Origin: Candidatus Kapaibacterium sp.
GTDB lineage: Bacteria > Bacteroidota > Ignavibacteria > Kapaibacteriales > UBA2268
Assembly (NCBI GenBank): GCA_963665665.1
Contig: OY762428.1
Coordinates: forward strand, 3,008,001-3,072,000
Reading direction: 5' to 3'
DNA: 64,000 bases
Shown here: one piece after another, positions 51,473-61,300 of the stretch
Layout: each line of letters begins with the position of its first letter
Numbering within the stretch: position 1 is the stretch's first letter
Program-made: the position numbers and the translations under genes
The notes under the pieces: generated by a model
What the model was told of the DNA's origin: nothing
Databases searched by the model: none
The model's input: only the letters and a program-made list of their open reading frames with translations

Positions 51473-53281
51473 ATGCGTTTATGGTATAAATATCTGAAGC
51501 AGGGGCTTTCCCGTAAGCTGCCTGTCGATAAGTTCAATGAAGAATCGAACTACGGCAGGCTCAGGGATAATATTAAACTATTATTTCCTCCGATAAAAAA
51601 ACACTGGAAGGCCGGGCTGATATCAATGTTTGTTCTGGTTCTGTCATCAGTCCTGACTTATCCCCTGCCAATGATAAACAAATATTTTATCGATGACGTT
51701 TTGCTGAAAAAGAGGATTGACCTTGTTGTTCCGGTAGTATTACTATTAACGGGAATTGGCCTTGCTTCGTATCTGACGGGCGTGTTGAAAGGCTTTTATA
51801 ATCAGCGATTCACACAGGAAGTGATACTCGATCTGCAAAAGACAATGATCGATAAGGTTTTGTCACTCCCAAAATTCTTCTTTGATAAAAATCGATCCGG
51901 CTATCTTATGTCAAGGATATCCGGAGATGTTCACGGTGTAAACTGGTTTCTTTCCGGCCCTATGGTTCAAATGTTTCTCCAGGCTATGAAATTCATTGGT
52001 GGTGTTTATTTCCTGATATTCCTGGAATGGCGTCTGGCAATTCCGGTTATTCTTACCTTGCCGATACCATTTTTCGCAATGCGTTATTTTGCTAAGCGGT
52101 CTTATATTATGAGCCATTATACCAGCGAAATGAATGCAAAAACAAACGCCAGCCTGCATGAAACTGTTAATACTGTTTCTCTTATTAAATCTTTTGCCAA
52201 CGAGAAAAAAGCATCAAAGTCCCTATTCAGGATGTTGAGAAAAAAAGTTAACATCGGGTATGAACAAAACAGTATGAATTCTCTTAGCAGTTTGATCAAC
52301 CAGCTAATGCCACAGGTTGCCAAATTTGCTGTTATGCTTTTTGGCGCTTACTGGGTAATCAGCGGCGAGTGGCAATTGGGATCTCTTATCGCTTTCCAAT
52401 CATACTTATCCTACGTGTACGGGCCGGTAAATCAGCTTTCTTCCAGTATGAACCAATTGCAGACAGCCCGGGCAACAATGGACAGGGTTGCTACTATTCT
52501 CGGAATGGATTCCGAAGAGAATACTGACAGCGGAGATGAAATTACGAAACTGACCGGAAGCATAGAATTTGATAATGTAAGCTTCGGGTATGATAAGAAA
52601 AAACCTGTTTTATCTAATCTTTCCTTTAATATAAAAGCAGGGGAACAATGGGCTGTGATCGGCCCAAGCGGTATTGGTAAAACGACGCTTATCAGCCTGC
52701 TTTTAAAATTTTATTCCACTGATTCCGGAGATATTCTATTTGATGATAAGTCCTGTAAAGATATCAATGTGCGTTCTTTAAGAAGAAGGCTTGGCTATGT
52801 GGCACAATCAACGAGCCTGCAAACAGGAACAATTCTGAAAAATCTGAAATACGGAAATCCCGGAGCAAGTGTAGAAGATATAGTTAAAGCAGCAAAGATT
52901 GCCGGAATTCATGAATTTATTGAAGAACTGCCCGAAAAATATAATACCCATATAGAAGAAGGCGGCGCTAACCTTTCCGAAGGCCAGAAACAAAGGCTTT
53001 CTATTGCAAGAGCTCTTGTTCTGAATCCTGATATTTATATACTGGATGAACCAACTGCTTCAGTAGATAACCTGACTGAACAGTCAATTTACAAAGCTCT
53101 TCCTGAAACAATAAAAAATAAGACAACAATCACTATAGCACACAGGTTAAATACTATTAAATCAGCAGAAAAAATATTATTTTTGAGAAAGAATAAAATT
53201 CCTCTTATCGGTTCACATAATGAATTGAAAGGCGATGATGATTACATGGAATTTTTCGAAACTATAAATAATTGTAACTGA
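51473..53281 (+). CDS. ABC exporter (fused TMD and NBD), no C39 peptidase domain
   Basis: 6-TM region; Walker A GPSGIGKT, signature LSEGQKQR, Walker B ILDEPT, H-loop IAHRL. Confidence 0.92.
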   Translation: MRLWYKYLKQGLSRKLPVDKFNEESNYGRLRDNIKLLFPPIKKHWKAGLISMFVLVLSSVLTYPLPMINKYFIDDVLLKKRIDLVVPVVLLLTGIGLASYLTGVLKGFYNQRFTQEVILDLQKTMIDKVLSLPKFFFDKNRSGYLMSRISGDVHGVNWFLSGPMVQMFLQAMKFIGGVYFLIFLEWRLAIPVILTLPIPFFAMRYFAKRSYIMSHYTSEMNAKTNASLHETVNTVSLIKSFANEKKASKSLFRMLRKKVNIGYEQNSMNSLSSLINQLMPQVAKFAVMLFGAYWVISGEWQLGSLIAFQSYLSYVYGPVNQLSSSMNQLQTARATMDRVATILGMDSEENTDSGDEITKLTGSIEFDNVSFGYDKKKPVLSNLSFNIKAGEQWAVIGPSGIGKTTLISLLLKFYSTDSGDILFDDKSCKDINVRSLRRRLGYVAQSTSLQTGTILKNLKYGNPGASVEDIVKAAKIAGIHEFIEELPEKYNTHIEEGGANLSEGQKQRLSIARALVLNPDIYILDEPTASVDNLTEQSIYKALPETIKNKTTITIAHRLNTIKSAEKILFLRKNKIPLIGSHNELKGDDDYMEFFETINNCN

Positions 53282-53284
53282 CAG

Positions 53285-54160
53285 ATGCAGCAGGCAAAAC
53301 AAATAGAACAATTTTATCTGAAACTTTCGGATGGCAGCAAATGGGGATTCAATTCAGCTCCTGAATTGAAAGAATGGTTTAGCATATTTGCCAGAATAAT
53401 GTCTTTGAAAAAAGATAACTCTGATGTGGATTATTTGTTTAATATCCGGCCCAAAAACGGAAGGGAAATTCCTGCCGGAGTTGATGAAAGCTGGGATTCT
53501 TTCAGGCAAAGCGGGGCATATACTATATGGAGCAAAAAAGGGGAAAAACAGTTTTTAATTGAAATAAACAAAGAGTTTATCGACCACCCCGAGATTAGAG
53601 TGATAAATATGTGGTCAACATTGAAGGCTCTATATAAATTTTATGCTGAGAACGGTGGAGGCCCGGTTCATAGCGGAATGGCAGCCCTGAATGGCAAAGC
53701 TATACTGATAGCTGCCCCGGGGGGTACCGGGAAATCAACATCCATACGCAGGCTGCCGGATTATTGGAAAAAAATGTGCGATGACACAACCCTGATAGTA
53801 AAAAAAGATGATAATTTCTTTGTTCATCCCATGCCTACATGGAGTGACCATCTATGGGAGCATAATTTTACTACTTTCGATACTTCAAGGGGATTCCCAT
53901 TAGCAGCTGTTTTCTTTCTGAAGCAGTCCGGCACTGACAAAGTTACCCCGATTTCCAGGCCTGAAGGCATTCAGTTGCTTTTAAGTTCAGTTAAACAGGT
54001 TTTTCAAACTTATGTTGATAAGTTGAAGGATAATGAAAAGTCTGAAATGGCTATGAAACTGTTTGATAACACCTGTAATATTGTTGGAAAAACACCATGC
54101 TACAGGCTTGAAGCTACATTGAACGGGGATTTCTGGGAAGAAATTGAAAAGGTATTATAG
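53285..54160 (+). CDS. scmC: HPr-kinase-related P-loop protein (SynChlorMet ScmC)
   Basis: LKLSDGSKW N-terminus; VHSG, Walker A GGTGKST, DD motif, HPMPTWS, C-terminal FWEEIEK. Confidence 0.82.
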   Translation: MQQAKQIEQFYLKLSDGSKWGFNSAPELKEWFSIFARIMSLKKDNSDVDYLFNIRPKNGREIPAGVDESWDSFRQSGAYTIWSKKGEKQFLIEINKEFIDHPEIRVINMWSTLKALYKFYAENGGGPVHSGMAALNGKAILIAAPGGTGKSTSIRRLPDYWKKMCDDTTLIVKKDDNFFVHPMPTWSDHLWEHNFTTFDTSRGFPLAAVFFLKQSGTDKVTPISRPEGIQLLLSSVKQVFQTYVDKLKDNEKSEMAMKLFDNTCNIVGKTPCYRLEATLNGDFWEEIEKVL

Positions 54161-54759
54161 TGGAAAAGCACAAGCCGCAATATAATACAAGTGTCGGGCC
54201 AAGCATGTACCCGACAATGAAAAGCGGCGATGCATATATCCTTAAAGAAATATCTTCTATTGATGAAATATGCCGGGGAGATGTAATTGTTTTTCCCCAC
54301 CCTGACGAACCAATTAATGTTGTTCACAGAATTATTAGGATTTATCCCGAAGGTTTTCAAACCAGGGGAGATAATAATAACCGTAAAGATCCCTATATTG
54401 TGAAAAAGGATGATATTATCGGTGTGGTGGGCAAGGTTATCAGGAAAAATAAAAGATATACTATTCATGGCGGAAATGCGGGATTATTCATCCACAGGAT
54501 GGCTTGGGCCAGGAAATATTCCCGGCCCTATATTGTAAAGCCACTGAAGTTTTTATTGAATTTGCTGATCAGATCAAAAATATTCTTCATTTTCGGAAAT
54601 TTCTTTTCAACTTCAATCACAAAAATTAACCGAATGGGTTCCGAGCAATTTATCTTAAGTGTAAATAAAAAACCGGTTGGAAAAAAAGAATCAAAGGAAT
54701 CTGCGTGGATAATTAGTTTCCCTTATAGTTTGTTTATTAATCCGAAGAAATTACCATGA
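54160..54759 (+). CDS. S24/S26-family peptidase (Ser-His type), candidate leader peptidase
   Basis: GPSMYPTMKSGD, GDVIVF, VVHRII and TRGDNN...D motifs; no N-terminal TM; GTG start overlaps the scmC stop. Confidence 0.82.
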   Translation: MEKHKPQYNTSVGPSMYPTMKSGDAYILKEISSIDEICRGDVIVFPHPDEPINVVHRIIRIYPEGFQTRGDNNNRKDPYIVKKDDIIGVVGKVIRKNKRYTIHGGNAGLFIHRMAWARKYSRPYIVKPLKFLLNLLIRSKIFFIFGNFFSTSITKINRMGSEQFILSVNKKPVGKKESKESAWIISFPYSLFINPKKLP

Positions 54760-54980
54760 AATACCGAAAACCAAAAATATACAGACTTTTCCCATCGAAA
54801 ATAGACATAAGCGCCTGTATGGACGGTGAGCAGGCTTCGAGCATGGCCTGCGTATCCGGCCCGGAGGCATCCAGCGGGTGTAAAACCGGGGCTGCTGCCG
54901 GTACGGCATGTAAGGATGGTTCCGCTGCCGGATTCAGTTGCAACAGCGGTGCAGGATTCGAGGAATGGGAAAGGAAGTAA
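54756..54980 (+). CDS. Putative RiPP precursor peptide 3 (YxxP leader, 5 CxxG)
   Basis: MKYRKPKI leader; CMDG, CVSG, CKTG, CKDG, CNSG at 11/10/10/10 spacing; ATGA overlap with the peptidase stop. Confidence 0.82.
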   Translation: MKYRKPKIYRLFPSKIDISACMDGEQASSMACVSGPEASSGCKTGAAAGTACKDGSAAGFSCNSGAGFEEWERK

Positions 54981-55034
54981 ATTGTTTTATAATAATAACA
55001 TAGTGTATTATTAATCATATAAGGCATTAATAAA

Positions 55035-55814
55035 ATGAAAATATCAATATTAACCGAAAATACAGCAGCGCCTTATTTCCTTGCGGAATTTGGTTTTTCA
55101 TGCTTTATAGAAACAAACGGGAATAATTTTCTTTTTGATTTAGGCGCCACGGACATTTATCTGAAAAATGCCGAAAAACTTGGCATTGATATAGATAATT
55201 GCAATAATGTTATTCTCAGCCATGGCCACTGGGATCATGGAAACGGCCTTAAATACATTAAGGGAAAAAATCTATTATGTCATCCGGGGGCTTTTCGTAA
55301 AAGATACCACAAAGGTGATGATAATAATATCGGCCTTGAAATGACTAAAGAAGAAATTGAGACAAATTTCTGCCTGACAAGCTCGGCGAAACCATATTAT
55401 ATTGATGAAAATATAATTTTCCTTGGAGAAATTCCCAGGCTGAATGATTTTGAATCAAAGGAATCAGATTTTATACTCTCCGACGGAAGCGAGGATTTTG
55501 TAAGTGATGATACCGCCATGGCCATTGTTGAAGACGGCAGGCTAATCATCATTTCCGGGTGCGCCCATTCCGGAATTTGTAATATTATAGAATATGCGCG
55601 TAATATTTCCGGCATTTCGGACGTGAAAGCTGTGCTGGGCGGCTTCCATTTAAAAAATGAAAACCGTCAGTTGGATGAAACAATTAAATATTTTAAAAAA
55701 TTAAATGCAAAGCAGCTTTATCCCTGCCACTGTACTCAATTGCCTGCTATGGCAGCTTTTTATAACAATTTTAAAATTAACAGGATAATGGCAGGAAACA
55801 CATTGGAAATTTAG
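55035..55814 (+). CDS. MBL-fold metallo-hydrolase (COG1237-like)
   Basis: LFDLG, LSHGHWDHGNG, GCAHSGI, GGFHL and PCHCT motifs. Confidence 0.9.
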   Translation: MKISILTENTAAPYFLAEFGFSCFIETNGNNFLFDLGATDIYLKNAEKLGIDIDNCNNVILSHGHWDHGNGLKYIKGKNLLCHPGAFRKRYHKGDDNNIGLEMTKEEIETNFCLTSSAKPYYIDENIIFLGEIPRLNDFESKESDFILSDGSEDFVSDDTAMAIVEDGRLIIISGCAHSGICNIIEYARNISGISDVKAVLGGFHLKNENRQLDETIKYFKKLNAKQLYPCHCTQLPAMAAFYNNFKINRIMAGNTLEI

Positions 55815-55823
55815 GAAAATAAA

Positions 55824-56681
55824 ATGAAAACATATATTGATTGTATTCCATGCTTTATGAACCAGGCGCTAAGGGCCGGAAGAATATCCACAAGCGATGA
55901 TATAATACTTAAAAAAATAATGGATAACGTAGGCGGGAAGCTGAAAGATGTATCCCTTACCGAAGTACCGCCCCGTTCGGCAATGATCATATACGATGAA
56001 ATATTTCGCCAGACGGGAATAGAAGACCCTTACAAAAAAATCAAAAAGGAAAGTATAGACCTTGCTAAAAGTATTCTGGGGCAAATCAGAAATATGGTGG
56101 AATCTGCCCCCGACCCGTTACTTGCTGCCGTAAAAGCAGCAATTGCAGGTAATATTATTGATTTTGGTGCCTGCGAGGATTTTGATATTAAAAAGGATGT
56201 AAAGGCATCTATGGATATGGACTTATCTATAAACGATTATGAGGTTTTCAAAGAAAAAATAAATTATGCACGTACAGTCCTTTACCTTGGGGATAATGCC
56301 GGGGAAACTGTTTTTGACAGGTTGCTAATCGAGAATATTGACGCAAGGGTGGTTTATGCTGTCAGGGAGAAACCTATTATCAATGATGCAGTGATAGAAG
56401 ATGCAGTTGATTCCGGCCTGGCCGATATATGCGAGATAATTTCTTCAGGCAGTACTGCTCCTGCAACTATTCTTGAAGAATGTAATGAACGGTTTTTAGG
56501 TCTTTATCACGGCGGAGCTGATATTATCATCAGCAAAGGGCAGGGAAATTACGAGAGTTTATCTGATAGTAACGAAAATATTTTCTTCCTTCTTAAAACT
56601 AAATGCAGCGTTATTGCCCGCGACCTTGATACCGAAACAGGTGCACTTGTATTGAAAGCCGGTAAAAATTATGATTTGTAA
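55824..56681 (+). CDS. ARMT1-like/DUF89 damage-control phosphatase
   Basis: DCIPC, AGNIID, DNAGETVFD, INDA, KGQGNYESL and KTKC motifs. Confidence 0.9.
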   Translation: MKTYIDCIPCFMNQALRAGRISTSDDIILKKIMDNVGGKLKDVSLTEVPPRSAMIIYDEIFRQTGIEDPYKKIKKESIDLAKSILGQIRNMVESAPDPLLAAVKAAIAGNIIDFGACEDFDIKKDVKASMDMDLSINDYEVFKEKINYARTVLYLGDNAGETVFDRLLIENIDARVVYAVREKPIINDAVIEDAVDSGLADICEIISSGSTAPATILEECNERFLGLYHGGADIIISKGQGNYESLSDSNENIFFLLKTKCSVIARDLDTETGALVLKAGKNYDL

Positions 56682-56887
56682 ATATATTTTTCGGGTTCTG
56701 TTAAACAACCAATATTCAATGATATAGAGTTAATTGTTGTTATTATCGGCGAATATAGTAGTTCCCCGGAATATTATTTATGTCGGAAAGTTGAGCCTGT
56801 GATATGTAATATTTGAATTTACCCGGGCGATTTTGAACCTTGTGATTAATAATTGCTTTCAGTAAATTTGCCAGGAAATTTTATTTA

Positions 56888-58339
56888 ATGGGATACTCAA
56901 TGACAGGGAATAAGCCAGATAGAAATACTGCTGACAGTATAAAGGCAATGCTAAAAGGCGGGGCAATTTATTCATTTGGAAATATGCTGCAGCAATTCCT
57001 TAATTTTATTCTCATTCCGGTTTACACGGCATTTCTAACAACCGGGGACTATGGAATTATTGGTTTAATGACTATAACTGCCGGTTTGATACTGCCATTT
57101 ACTAAAACACCTGCGGCCAACGGATTTGTCCGCTTTTATTATTCTCCCGGATACGAAAATAAAAGAAAGACACTTTTTTTCAATTCAGTAATATTTTGCC
57201 TTGCACAGTCCTTTATAATCGGATTGATATTTTACCTGTTTTCTTCATTTTGGGCCGGACTGATACTATCGGATATTTCACTCGATAATATCGTAAAAAT
57301 ATATGCAATAATTATTTTCTTGCAGCCAATTGAAGACCTGTCCCAGGATTTGGTAAAAATTCAGAAAAAAGCCGGGCTTTTTGTTGTCATGCAATTATTA
57401 CGCCTGCTACTTGGTGCCGCACTTATACTTTATTTATTATTAATCGCTAATTCTGGCGTGATGGCTTTGGTTTGGGGGGCATTGTTCTCCTCCGCATGGC
57501 CTGTTCTATTCTTTATGCCATTGATAGCCAAAAATATTGAAATTAAATTTGACCTTAATTCGCTACGGCCCTTACTCAAATTTGGTTATCCCCTGATTCT
57601 GACAACGCTTTCTTTGTATCTTGCCGAATATGCAGATCAATATATTATTAAGTTTATGGCAGGAATATCCGATGCAGGGCTGTATTCTTTTGCCTACAAA
57701 TTCGGGGCATTAACCGGATTTATACTGGTGCTGCCTCTGCATAGCATAATCGACCCCCTTGTATACGAACTTGAAAGCAGAAAAGCGGAGTTAATTACTT
57801 TTATGAAAAGGGCTACAACATTATTTTATGCTGCGGTACTATATTTTTCCGTTATATTATCCCTTTTGTCCAAAGAAGTAATTCATATATTTGCAAGCAA
57901 ACCTGAATTTTACCCTGCCTGGGAGATAGTACCATTAATATCCTTTGCTTATTGCCATTATGGTTTGATGTACTTGTTTGGACGTGGATTAATTATGGCA
58001 AAAAAGAGCAAACTGACCGGGCTAATATATTTAATATCGGCAGTAATAAATATTTTTATGAATATAATTCTAATTCCTGTATGGGGCCTTACCGGTGCTG
58101 CCGTTTCCACAATCATTTCCTTTATTCTTATGGGATTGCTTTCAGCATTTTACTCGGCGAAATATTATAATTTCAAATATGATAGCAAAAAACTGATAAT
58201 ATTGACATTAGTATATTTTGCAGCAGTAACTCCTGCATACTTCAGTATTGCTGATATGATAACTGGCCTGTTGATTAAATCAGTAATAATAATTGTATTT
58301 ACGGTAGCAGCATATTATGTTATCAAAAAGGACTTGTAG
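56888..58339 (+). CDS. Oligosaccharide flippase (Wzx/RfbX-like)
   Basis: Multi-TM protein; FILIPVYT..L...DYG, D.YII, GLYS.AYK and LIP.WG..GAA motifs. Confidence 0.85.
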   Translation: MGYSMTGNKPDRNTADSIKAMLKGGAIYSFGNMLQQFLNFILIPVYTAFLTTGDYGIIGLMTITAGLILPFTKTPAANGFVRFYYSPGYENKRKTLFFNSVIFCLAQSFIIGLIFYLFSSFWAGLILSDISLDNIVKIYAIIIFLQPIEDLSQDLVKIQKKAGLFVVMQLLRLLLGAALILYLLLIANSGVMALVWGALFSSAWPVLFFMPLIAKNIEIKFDLNSLRPLLKFGYPLILTTLSLYLAEYADQYIIKFMAGISDAGLYSFAYKFGALTGFILVLPLHSIIDPLVYELESRKAELITFMKRATTLFYAAVLYFSVILSLLSKEVIHIFASKPEFYPAWEIVPLISFAYCHYGLMYLFGRGLIMAKKSKLTGLIYLISAVINIFMNIILIPVWGLTGAAVSTIISFILMGLLSAFYSAKYYNFKYDSKKLIILTLVYFAAVTPAYFSIADMITGLLIKSVIIIVFTVAAYYVIKKDL

Positions 58340-58340
58340 T

Positions 58341-61300
58341 TTAAATTTTTGGCAGAGTGAATGAGAACTCCGATCCTTTTCCGGGCTTGCTTTTTACAGA
58401 TATTGTTCCGCCGTTTTTCTCCACAAACTCTTTGCAAAGTATTAAACCTAAACCCGTTCCTTTTTCATTATTTGTTCCCGGAGTAGAGGAGTTTTTATCA
58501 ATCCTGAACAGATCATCGATTCTCTCTTCTTCAATACCAATTCCACTGTCGCAGATGATTATTTCAATGAATTTATCATTTTCTTTGTTAGCAATTTCAA
58601 TTGTACCGCCTTCGGGGGTAAATTTTATTGCATTTGACAGCAGGTTGCGGAAAACAGTATTGATCATTGCTTTATCGAAATAAGCAAAAAGATTCTTGTC
58701 TGATTTATCAATTATTTCAATTTTTTTATTATCAATATTGACTTGTAATAATTTACGAACATTTTCAATTGAAAATCTCATATCTGCTATCAGTGGATGG
58801 AATTCAAGCCTGCCGGTCTGGGAGCGGGACCATTGAAGTAAATTTTCCAAAAGGTTCAGCGTCTGCTTTGAAGAATCATACAGGATATTGATGAAATTTT
58901 TCCTTGCGTCACTTGTAATATCTTCATAATTCTGTAATAGTATCTCGGAAATATTCATAAGCCCGCCAAGGGGATTTTTCAGGTCATGAGCGATAATTGA
59001 AAAGAATTTGTCCTTCATTGCATTTGATTCCTGAAGGCCTGCTTCGGAATCGCTTATTATCCTGTTCAGTTCAGCAAGCCTTATTGCTTCTTCTTCAATT
59101 GTCTGGCGTGATATAAACAGTTCTTCGTTTAGTTTTTCCAACTCGTCCTGGGTACGTTTTCTTTCTTCATTTTCAAACCGCAGCTCTTCCATTGCATCCT
59201 GTAGCTGTGCAGTACGGTCCCTGACTTTTATTTCCAGGTCTTTATTCAATTCGTGCAGCTTATTCTCAATTTTTTTCTTATCGGAAATGTCAACAAATGA
59301 AGCAAGAAGTTTTATCGGTTTCCCTTTGCTGTCCCGCACAAAGTTAACTGAAACCATTACGTCAAAAGTGCTTCCGTCTTTCCGTATTGCCACGGATTCT
59401 ACTGTTCCGCCTCCCTGGTTCAAATGCCCAAGAACCCTGTCGGTTTCTCCTAATTGGCCAAAATATTTAATATTTTTGCCGATGATCTCCGCAATATCAT
59501 CATAACCCCAAAGATTGAGATATGCCTGGTTTACATATTCTATAGTGCCGTCCAGGCTGGCAATACCGAGGCCGAAAACGGCAGATTCGATAGCAGAGTT
59601 CTTTATATGCAATGATTCTTCTGCTTTTTTTAGTGGTGTAATATCCATTGTTACGCCTATAATGGATAATACTTTGCCATCTTTATTTTTTAATGGATAA
59701 GCCGATGTAACAGTATGAATTTTCTGGCCGTTTGAGTTCATCATGGTTACTTCAAAGGATTGGCCTGCTTTTGTCTGCAAAATTCTTGCAATGAAGTTTT
59801 CTACTTTGTTGTAATTCCCCCTGTGAAATTCTGATAATTTTTTATTAATAACGGCATTCTTCTTAAGCCCGAATATGTTTTCTGCCCCGGGCGAGAATTC
59901 ACTAATAACGGGGCCTCCATCTTTAAAATCAGCAATCAGGAATCCTACAGTATTAGCAGCTTCAAAAATTGAACGCAGTTTGGCTTCGTTGGCTTCCAGT
60001 GCATCGCGGGCAATTTTGGTTTCTGTAATGTCGTCTAGAATGGTTGCAAGCAGGTTATTGTGGAATTTGAAAATAGAAATTTTGAAGTATTTTACCGGGT
60101 TTTTCAAAGGAAATCCCATTACCAGTTTTATTCCGCCATCAGAACTATTTAATTTATTAACAATATCTGCAAATGGAAAAGTGCTTTTAGGATTTAATTC
60201 TGAAACTTTTCGCCCAACAAAATCTGTTCTTTTTATTCCATAAATAGATCTGAAACTTTCAATAAATAGTTTATTTGCATTACGGATAATTGTATCCACA
60301 ACTTCATCGTCTTCATTTTTAACAATTTCATGAATAGCACAGGCAGAATTCATATTATCAAAAAGCTGGATAAATCGCTCGTTACTTTTTTGCAGTTCCT
60401 TTTCAGATTCTATACGGGCTGTAATGTCTCTTGATGTTATTATGATACCATTTATCGGATCAACATCCAGCAGGTTGTTTGCAACAGCTTCATGCCAGGT
60501 ATAGGTGCCGTCCTTATGCATTAGCCTGAAAACAGTAGGAACCAGTTTATTTGTTCCGCTAAGAACTTCGTTAAATTCCCGGATAGAATGCTCTTTATCG
60601 TCAGGATGAACCAAATCCCACATATTGACTTCATTAAGTTCATTTTCTGAATAACCAAGAATCTGGCATGACGAAGGAGTTTCGAATTTTATATTTACAT
60701 TTTCATCAACAATCCATACAATATCGGACATATTCGCAAGGATAGACCTGAACTTTAACTCATTTTGCTCAAGAGCTTTCTCAACTTTTTTTACATCAGA
60801 AATATCGAATATAACTCCTCTGAATCCTACGGGTTTTGAATCCTTGATAATAACATCTGAATGAATTGCAACAGGAAAAGTCGATCCGTCCTTTCTTAGG
60901 GCAATGTATTCAGATGCCTTAGACCTTTGGCCCATAGCAATTTTCCGCATATTTTGAACCGCGCGTTCCCTGTGCTCGGGTATTATCATATCAATAGCGT
61001 TGATCGAATCTATATCAACTTCATCAGGCTTGTAGCCGAATTTATCACGGGCAGCTTTATTGCCGTAAGATAAATTTCCTTTCAAATCCGATTCATATAT
61101 TATCTGTGGCAGCAGGTCGGAAAGCTGGCGGAATCGTTCTTCGCTTTCTTTCAGTTTGTTTTTGGATTTTATTCTGGATATTGCAATTGCCAGCATATAA
61201 GCTATTGATTCCAGAAATTTCATTTTTTTATCAGTCAATGTGTCAGCATCGTTAGCGGCAACATTTAACGAACCATATATTTTGCCCGGACTTAGTTTTA

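Noticed and set aside
48038-54980. Lasso peptide or PQQ biosynthesis cluster
   Set aside because: Despite YxxP leaders, an RRE and a kinase, there is no asparagine-synthetase-like cyclase, no pqqB/pqqC and no ExxxY PqqA core.
55035-58339. MBL hydrolase, DUF89 phosphatase and flippase as part of the RiPP cluster
   Set aside because: They are co-directional, but these are widespread families with no motif link to peptide maturation. Membership cannot be supported without synteny data.
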